In this document: positions 58,569-64,000 of the stretch, piece by piece
Layout: each line of letters starts with the position of its first letter
Position numbering within the stretch: the stretch's first letter is position 1
Source: an uncultured virus (IMG/VR IMGVR_UViG_3300047564_005685)
Taxonomy: Duplodnaviria; Heunggongvirae; Uroviricota; Caudoviricetes
Virus record (IMG/VR): IMGVR_UViG_3300047564_005685
DNA: 64,000 bases
Reading direction: 5' to 3' (one strand)
Notes under the pieces: generated by a model
The model's database searches: none
What the model was told of the DNA's origin: nothing
What the model saw: only the letters and a program-made list of their open reading frames with translations
Program-made: the position numbers and the translations under genes

Positions 58569-59345
58569 TCACGGTGCGACGGGGACCGACGGCAGGTGGC
58601 GCTTGCCGGCGGAGTAACCAGAGAAGAGGCCGCGCTTGCGGCGATCGCTGATGGCCCGCCCGGCTTTGGATCCTGACGGCTGGGTGCCGTGAACCAGGTG
58701 CGCGAAGTGGATGGGGGTACGGGAATAGGCCAGGCGATCGTCGTAGTCGATCGGCAGGTCCAGGTCGGCAGCCTCCTCGTAGGTGTCGACGACTCGAGCA
58801 GTGCGCGGAAAGATGCCTTCCTGCAGGAGGAAGTCATAGCGTCCACCCCAACAGGCGGTCAGCAGGAGGTTGTCCGGCAGGGGTAGGGGCCGACCGTCTT
58901 CGAGCCAGATGGGCAGGTTCTTGGAATAGAGATAGAAGAGGATCTCCGGATGACGGCGACCGATCTGGATCAGGGCGTTGCGGAGCGTGGTGCTCCAGCA
59001 GTCGCCCGACGTGAACCAGCGGACGCGTTCGGTATAGGTACGGACCTGAGCGCGCAGGGAGATCTCGATCAGGTCGACAGTCTCTGGCGTGTCGAGCCCA
59101 GCCAGTAAGCGGAAGTTATGCCAGCGGGCATTGCGAACTGCAGTACGCGTCTCCTCACTGGCGGCCGAGCAGCGGAAGATGGTGTACGGCCCGTCCTGGA
59201 TTTTGCCGGTGCCAGGGTCAGCCTTGGATAGGCAGTGAAGTGCGCCAGGGCAGGTGTGACCAGCCGGAATGGCAAATGTCATGGTGGTGTTCGGCAGCTT
59301 GGCGTTGCCGTGGCCGAACTTGAGCAGGGTGTCAGATAAAGACAT
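58569..59345 (-). CDS. GP88-family (gene product 88-like) protein
   Basis: GN.KL, F..PAG.TCPGA..C, C.A, VRW..SGD, FY.Y.K. Confidence 0.7.
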   Translation of the reverse strand: MSLSDTLLKFGHGNAKLPNTTMTFAIPAGHTCPGALHCLSKADPGTGKIQDGPYTIFRCSAASEETRTAVRNARWHNFRLLAGLDTPETVDLIEISLRAQVRTYTERVRWFTSGDCWSTTLRNALIQIGRRHPEILFYLYSKNLPIWLEDGRPLPLPDNLLLTACWGGRYDFLLQEGIFPRTARVVDTYEEAADLDLPIDYDDRLAYSRTPIHFAHLVHGTQPSGSKAGRAISDRRKRGLFSGYSAGKRHLPSVPVAP

Positions 59346-59398
59346 GCACAGCTGATGTGGTGCATGAGGAAAGGCCGACCCGCAAATGCGAGCCGGCC
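59342..59398 (-). promoter_or_regulatory. Repeated double-hairpin intergenic element, copy 1
   Basis: 11-bp GC stem with G.U pairs on the minus strand, then CATGCAC...GTGCATG ending in the ATG of the downstream gene. Confidence 0.6.
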
Positions 59399-60117
59399 AA
59401 GAAGAAAGATGTCAACATTCACCTGCTGGTGCCGGACGGAGTGGATGATGTGAGTGGCCGCGATTTACAGCCCAGAGAAATGAATTGGAGAGTCGGATTG
59501 AAGGATTGTGTCAACAATAACGAGATCGGTCAGTGGACGAGATGAATTACATTCATTGTTAGCAGCTCGAATCTCGCCCTCCGTGAAGCCGGAAAGAGCG
59601 GTGTCGACAAGATTCTGGCGAAACCATTGCTCTGCTTCCCCGCGTGTTAGCGGGTGTGGGGCAGTGACAACATCGAAGCCCTCCCATAAGAATGGGATGT
59701 AGCCAACAAAGGCAAAATAGTAAGCAGGTTCATGCGCCATTGCGGAACAGCGGTAGTGGGATTGTCATTAATCGGCTGGCGCCGGTGTGAGTAAGGGTTC
59801 CAGCGGGGTCGGCTTACTGTGAAGCAGGCGGGATGGCTTGCCGGTCTAACATGAGCAGTGGAAGTGACATCAGGACACCCCCTTGGTGGCGGAGGTGATG
59901 GCGCGAAGCTGCTGCAGTTGCAGTTCCCCGAGGGCGGCGGCGCGTGTGAGTCCGGCGTCGAGCTGAGCGATGGCCAGTCGCAGGGCGGTTTCGGAGTCGT
60001 CGCCGAGATCTGGAGATGTTGCTTCGCCGTAAAAGCTGATGAGGCCAAGAAGCTCAAAATAGAGAACTTCGGCCTGACTTGGCGTTAGGCGAACAATGAC
60101 TGATGCTGGTCGCGGGT

Positions 60118-60174
60118 ACATGCACGGCTGAAAAGGTGCATGAAAAAAGGCCGACCCGCAAAAGCGAGCCGGCC
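60118..60174 (-). promoter_or_regulatory. Repeated double-hairpin intergenic element, copy 2
   Basis: Near-identical to 59342-59398, with a U6 tract after the first stem. Confidence 0.6.
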
Positions 60175-60409
60175 GGTGAAGACAATGTCAGCGACGGTAT
60201 TGCTCGTAGCCTTCCATGGAAGATTCGAGCAGGTAGGCGACCAGGTTGGAAAGCGAGCGACCCTCGTAGTCGGCGCGTCGAATCAGATTCGAGTGAAGCG
60301 CCCGGGGGAGGGTGGCGGTCAGACGCAGCGAGCCTTGATTAGTAAAGGAATTAGACATGATGAGTGAAGTGAAAGAGAGATTTGTGAAAGAGGGCGGTAA
60401 TTGTGAGAG

Positions 60410-60901
60410 TCAAGCCCCGATACCGGAGCCATCGGGGCAGGAAGTGCCGGGCTCAGGCTGTATCGTGGCCCACTCCCAGTAGCCGAGGCGTGTCTTGCCA
60501 CTGGCGACTTCACGTTGCCAGATTGTTACTGGATAGCTGGGCCGCTCGCCAAAAAATCCGTATTCGGTCTGCATGTGCCAAATACCGATCGAAGGTGAAG
60601 GCGGAGTCTCAAGCGGCGAAAATGTGACTTGATTTTCGTTCCACTGATTTTCTTCTTCATCAATCAGTACGAGCCCTGAGTTAGACGCATTGGAACCCGC
60701 CCAGTCCCGGAAGAGCTTATGGTGGTGATGATATTGAGGGATCCAGGTGTTGTTAAAACGCGAATAGAAATCGGCATAGTCCAGGCATAGTACCGGATCG
60801 ATTGTGCCCATAATGCGCAGACCATTGGGCGCGACGGCTTGGTAATAGGTGATTTCCTGAGTCATTGGGATTCGGGTGTTGGTGGGATGAATAGATTGCA
60901 C
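60410..60901 (-). CDS. Hypothetical protein
   Basis: GE.P.YP...WQ.EV..G.TRLGYWEW motif. Confidence 0.5.
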   Translation of the reverse strand: MQSIHPTNTRIPMTQEITYYQAVAPNGLRIMGTIDPVLCLDYADFYSRFNNTWIPQYHHHHKLFRDWAGSNASNSGLVLIDEEENQWNENQVTFSPLETPPSPSIGIWHMQTEYGFFGERPSYPVTIWQREVASGKTRLGYWEWATIQPEPGTSCPDGSGIGA

Positions 60902-61507
60902 TGAGACAGAGCGGGACTTGAGTTAAGCCCCGACGCCGGAGCCATCGGGGTAGCGAATTTCGGTGGGTGAAGGAGCAGGCAGCACATATTGCACTGCGGT
61001 AAATAGTGAGGCAATCGAACCGGCCATGAGTAGCAGGTACAGCCAAGCCAGTGAGGTTGAGCGACGGGCCCTACGTCGACGGCACGCCCGGCAAGCGGTT
61101 GATGCCGACGTAGTCACCGGGAAGGACCTGGTATTCATCGTGGAACCAGTCACGGAAGGGGAGGGTTTGGGGACCGTTGACAACGGCCGATGCGGAGGTT
61201 GTGCGGACATAGCGGCAATAGGCGCGGATGTGGCAGTCGGTGTAGTGAATAGCAGGCTTCATGTACGGCAGCGAGCGTCGGACTCCATCAGACCAAAGAG
61301 TCCGCAATGGGGGAGCGGACCGGTGATGGCGTCCTTCTCCCAGGGGTCGCGTCGGAATTGGGAAAGCAGTTCCTCTGGGGTGGTCTTCAGTTCTTGGGCC
61401 CAGCGCTGGAAGTAATCGCGCTGATCGGGGGTGATGTCGTCCAGGGTGAGGGTCATGGATGAAAGCGTGAAAGAGAAAGGGCCACAGGCTGTGGCCCATG
61501 AGCGAGA

Positions 61508-62560
61508 TCAGGCCAGCGCCAATTCGGCATTGGGAGCGAATTGCTCTTCCAGGTAGGCCAGGAAGCGCTGGTTCGTGCGGGCCCTGGCGCCTTCGAGCTG
61601 AGAGCGCAGCGTGCGACCACCGGAGCCGGCGGACTCGCCAACACGCTCGTGGCTGGTGTACTGGGTGACCGCAGATGCGAGGCGCCAGAGATTGCCCTGC
61701 CGGGTGGGTAGATCGCCGCCGATCAGGTCGTAGTCATAGATGTGCTGCAGGCGCTTGACCGTCTGGCTCTGGCCGTCGGGGTCGCGGAAGAAGGCGCGGA
61801 TGGCATTGCGCGCTTCGGTATGGGAAACGGGGATCTCGAGCATGCGATCCTTCATGCGGCTGTAGGCGGCGCTTTGCTGGATCGCCTTGCCGAGGACCTG
61901 TGCGATCTCGTCGTAGGACTGGACGATGCGGTGGGTCAGCTTGACCTGCTGGTCGGTGACCTTGATGGACAGTCCGTTGGAGCAGACGAGCTCATTGTTG
62001 AAGATCACCGCCTTGGGCGAGAGAGATTCGCCGTAGTAATCGGTGACGACCAGCCACGAGTCGGTGCGGTCGAGTTTGTCCATGTAGGCACTGCTGCCCT
62101 GGCGCGAAATGTCCAGGCCGCCGCCGACGCCGTAGCCGCCGCCGATCGTGGAATCGAGCAGGGCGTGGTTATTGCCGCTGAGCTTGCTAGCCATGTAGAA
62201 CGTGCGGCCCCCGTCGAGGGTGCCGACGAGATCGAGGCTGATGCGCTTCTCGCTGGCAGCACAGAAGGAGCGGAAGAAGTCAACGAAACTGGCAGGCTGG
62301 ATGACTTGGCGGCGATTGCCGAAAGCGCCGAGGTAGTTACGGTTGTCACTGCGCAGCCAGAGCTGGCAGTCGGGGTAGGTGCGATCGCAGACCTGGGCGG
62401 GATGGCGCTCGACCTGGAAGTTGCAGCCGATGGAGCGGAGGATGGCCTCGTTGTCCATCCAGTCATGCACCTCGGCTGCTGTGCCGCGGAAGAGTTTGCG
62501 GTCCGCAGCGGTCAGTTTGCTGGTGGATGCGGCGGGGGCGGTGGCTGGTGTGATGGTCAT
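61508..62560 (-). CDS. DUF932-family protein
   Basis: RSDN..YLG..G.R..VIQ, G.L.GG, VC.NGL, H, NLW....AVTQY..H. Confidence 0.75.
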   Translation of the reverse strand: MTITPATAPAASTSKLTAADRKLFRGTAAEVHDWMDNEAILRSIGCNFQVERHPAQVCDRTYPDCQLWLRSDNRNYLGAFGNRRQVIQPASFVDFFRSFCAASEKRISLDLVGTLDGGRTFYMASKLSGNNHALLDSTIGGGYGVGGGLDISRQGSSAYMDKLDRTDSWLVVTDYYGESLSPKAVIFNNELVCSNGLSIKVTDQQVKLTHRIVQSYDEIAQVLGKAIQQSAAYSRMKDRMLEIPVSHTEARNAIRAFFRDPDGQSQTVKRLQHIYDYDLIGGDLPTRQGNLWRLASAVTQYTSHERVGESAGSGGRTLRSQLEGARARTNQRFLAYLEEQFAPNAELALA

Positions 62561-63132
62561 GGTGTGTTGATGGATTCGGATTTAGCGAGGTAGGCCGTCA
62601 TGGCATCGCGGCTGATCTCGAGTGAGTCGAGGATCTCGTCGGAGACCAGGAGGATGGAGCGGAGTTCCGCAAGAGGCATGCGGGCATCAGGGGTGACGGT
62701 GCCCCGTTTGAGCAGCTCCTGGATGCGGAGCTGACTGCTGATTGGCGCAAACGTGTCCAGCGTCTGCTCAAGGGACAGAACAGAGGAGCGGACAAAGCCG
62801 TGATTGCGATCAGCGACACGGACAAGCACCTCGCGCTCGTCCGCACTGAGGGAGGCAAAACTCCCGTCACCAGCTGCCATCTGGTCGTGTTGGCTCTTCA
62901 GCTGCGCCTCGATCTCTGAGAGGAGATGCAGCGCGGTCATCATGAGCTGGACGAGGTTGACGCCATTGGATGATTTGGCGATCAGCGTGCTGACGACGAA
63001 CTGCAGGTCGCAGGGCCCACCAAAGCGATCCCCGAAATTGAGCTCGGGCAGTAGCTTGCTGACGGGTGCGTCGTCCTGCTTGAGCAGGGATCGCAGCAGG
63101 TCGGGTGAAACGGCATCGGGGATGTCACTCAT
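62557..63132 (-). CDS. Hypothetical protein
   Basis: ATGA-coupled on both sides. Confidence 0.55.
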   Translation of the reverse strand: MSDIPDAVSPDLLRSLLKQDDAPVSKLLPELNFGDRFGGPCDLQFVVSTLIAKSSNGVNLVQLMMTALHLLSEIEAQLKSQHDQMAAGDGSFASLSADEREVLVRVADRNHGFVRSSVLSLEQTLDTFAPISSQLRIQELLKRGTVTPDARMPLAELRSILLVSDEILDSLEISRDAMTAYLAKSESINTP

Positions 63133-63728
63133 GGGAATTGGGGAAGAAGGTCCAGGGCGCGGCGGACCTGGTTGACGGCGATCTCAAGCGAGTTGCGGTC
63201 ACCGTCGATGGCATCAGCGAAGACCTGGCGAATCGGGGAGTCCGGTTGCTCGCTGTTGGCCAGGAAGAGGTCAATGAAATTTGCCTTGAGTCCTGAGGCT
63301 CCACCAGTGCCGCGCCTGGCGGTCAGTATGCCAGCTGTGTCGGGCAGCCGGTAGGCCGCTTCACACAATGCGCCCATCAGAGAACGGACCGACCACTGGG
63401 TGGAAACGGAGCCGTCTCCCTTGATGGAGCCCTGGCATGGGAGCGCCAGGACGAAAGTGCAGTTGGGAACTGGGCTGAGCAAGCGCAGCTCGAGGTATTC
63501 GCGACCGGCGCGCTCGCTGATCTGGCAATCGAGCAGGGCATGAAAAGCCAGGCCGGTGGCTTCCTCGATGACACGACGAGGCGTGCCGTACGACTCGCCG
63601 TACGCATAGAGGCGACCCTGCTGGTCGATGCCGAACCAGAAGGTCTCCTGCCTGGGGGCGGGCACGAGCGCGGCTTCGAGTGGATCGAAGGGCGCGTCGA
63701 GTGTTGCAAGTGGCGGTGTGTGATCCAT
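63129..63728 (-). CDS. Hypothetical protein
   Basis: Probable start MDHTPP, downstream of a terminator-like hairpin at ~63771-63802. Confidence 0.5.
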   Translation of the reverse strand: MDHTPPLATLDAPFDPLEAALVPAPRQETFWFGIDQQGRLYAYGESYGTPRRVIEEATGLAFHALLDCQISERAGREYLELRLLSPVPNCTFVLALPCQGSIKGDGSVSTQWSVRSLMGALCEAAYRLPDTAGILTARRGTGGASGLKANFIDLFLANSEQPDSPIRQVFADAIDGDRNSLEIAVNQVRRALDLLPQFP

Positions 63729-64000
63729 AAACGAAGCAGAGAGCAAAAGTGCACTGCTGGCAATGCACACAAAAAAGCCCCGGCAGTTCTGCCGAGGCTG
63801 GGTAGGATGAAATGCAGTGCGAAAGAACTGCATGTACGCGGTCATGCCGGCTGGCCAGGGATTGATGACAGGTGAGCCTGCGCCGTCACAGCAGCCGGGT
63901 GGGTTGGTCCGCGAGCTGATTGAACTGGCGGGCTTCCTGAAGGAACTGGAGACGCAGGCGCATCTGGTGCATCTGAATTACGAGGGCGATAATTTCTTCT

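Noticed and set aside
12946..62388. HIP1 (GCGATCGC) enrichment
   Set aside because: Only about six copies noticed in 64 kb of GC-rich DNA, too few to claim enrichment by eye
1..64000. CRISPR array or diversity-generating retroelement
   Set aside because: No regularly spaced repeat-spacer series, no reverse transcriptase motifs and no adenine-specific template/variable repeat pair seen

Overview
The window looks like part of a GC-rich tailed-phage genome, most likely a temperate cyanophage. Evidence for a cyanobacterial host: a DUF3288-like gene, NblA-like proteins and small proteins typical of cyanophages. About 1-27.8 kb is a mostly plus-strand morphogenesis block: terminase, putative portal and scaffold, a two-domain endolysin, modular spike/Ig proteins, major capsid and tail fibres. 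The main feature is the major capsid gene. It is split into three in-frame exons (about 380 aa spliced) by two group I introns. One intron has no ORF; the other carries a LAGLIDADG endonuclease on the antisense strand inside its P8 loop. Two more degenerate free-standing LAGLIDADG genes lie divergently just upstream. About 29-31 kb holds a tyrosine integrase, an excisionase-like gene and attP-like arm repeats. About 33-46 kb holds nucleotide-metabolism genes (thyX, dCMP deaminase, DUF5664-like diphosphohydrolase), a primase/VapE helicase beside an iteron-like origin, and an XRE regulator. About 46-64 kb is an accessory/early region with a tRNA mimic whose anticodon arm is malformed, a candidate structured ncRNA, small plus-strand proteins sharing an N-terminal R-x-A-G motif, a shuffled array of paralogous mini-genes, an exonuclease, SSB, GP88-like and DUF932-like genes, and repeated intergenic hairpins. 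All family calls come from reading motifs by eye; no database search was run.
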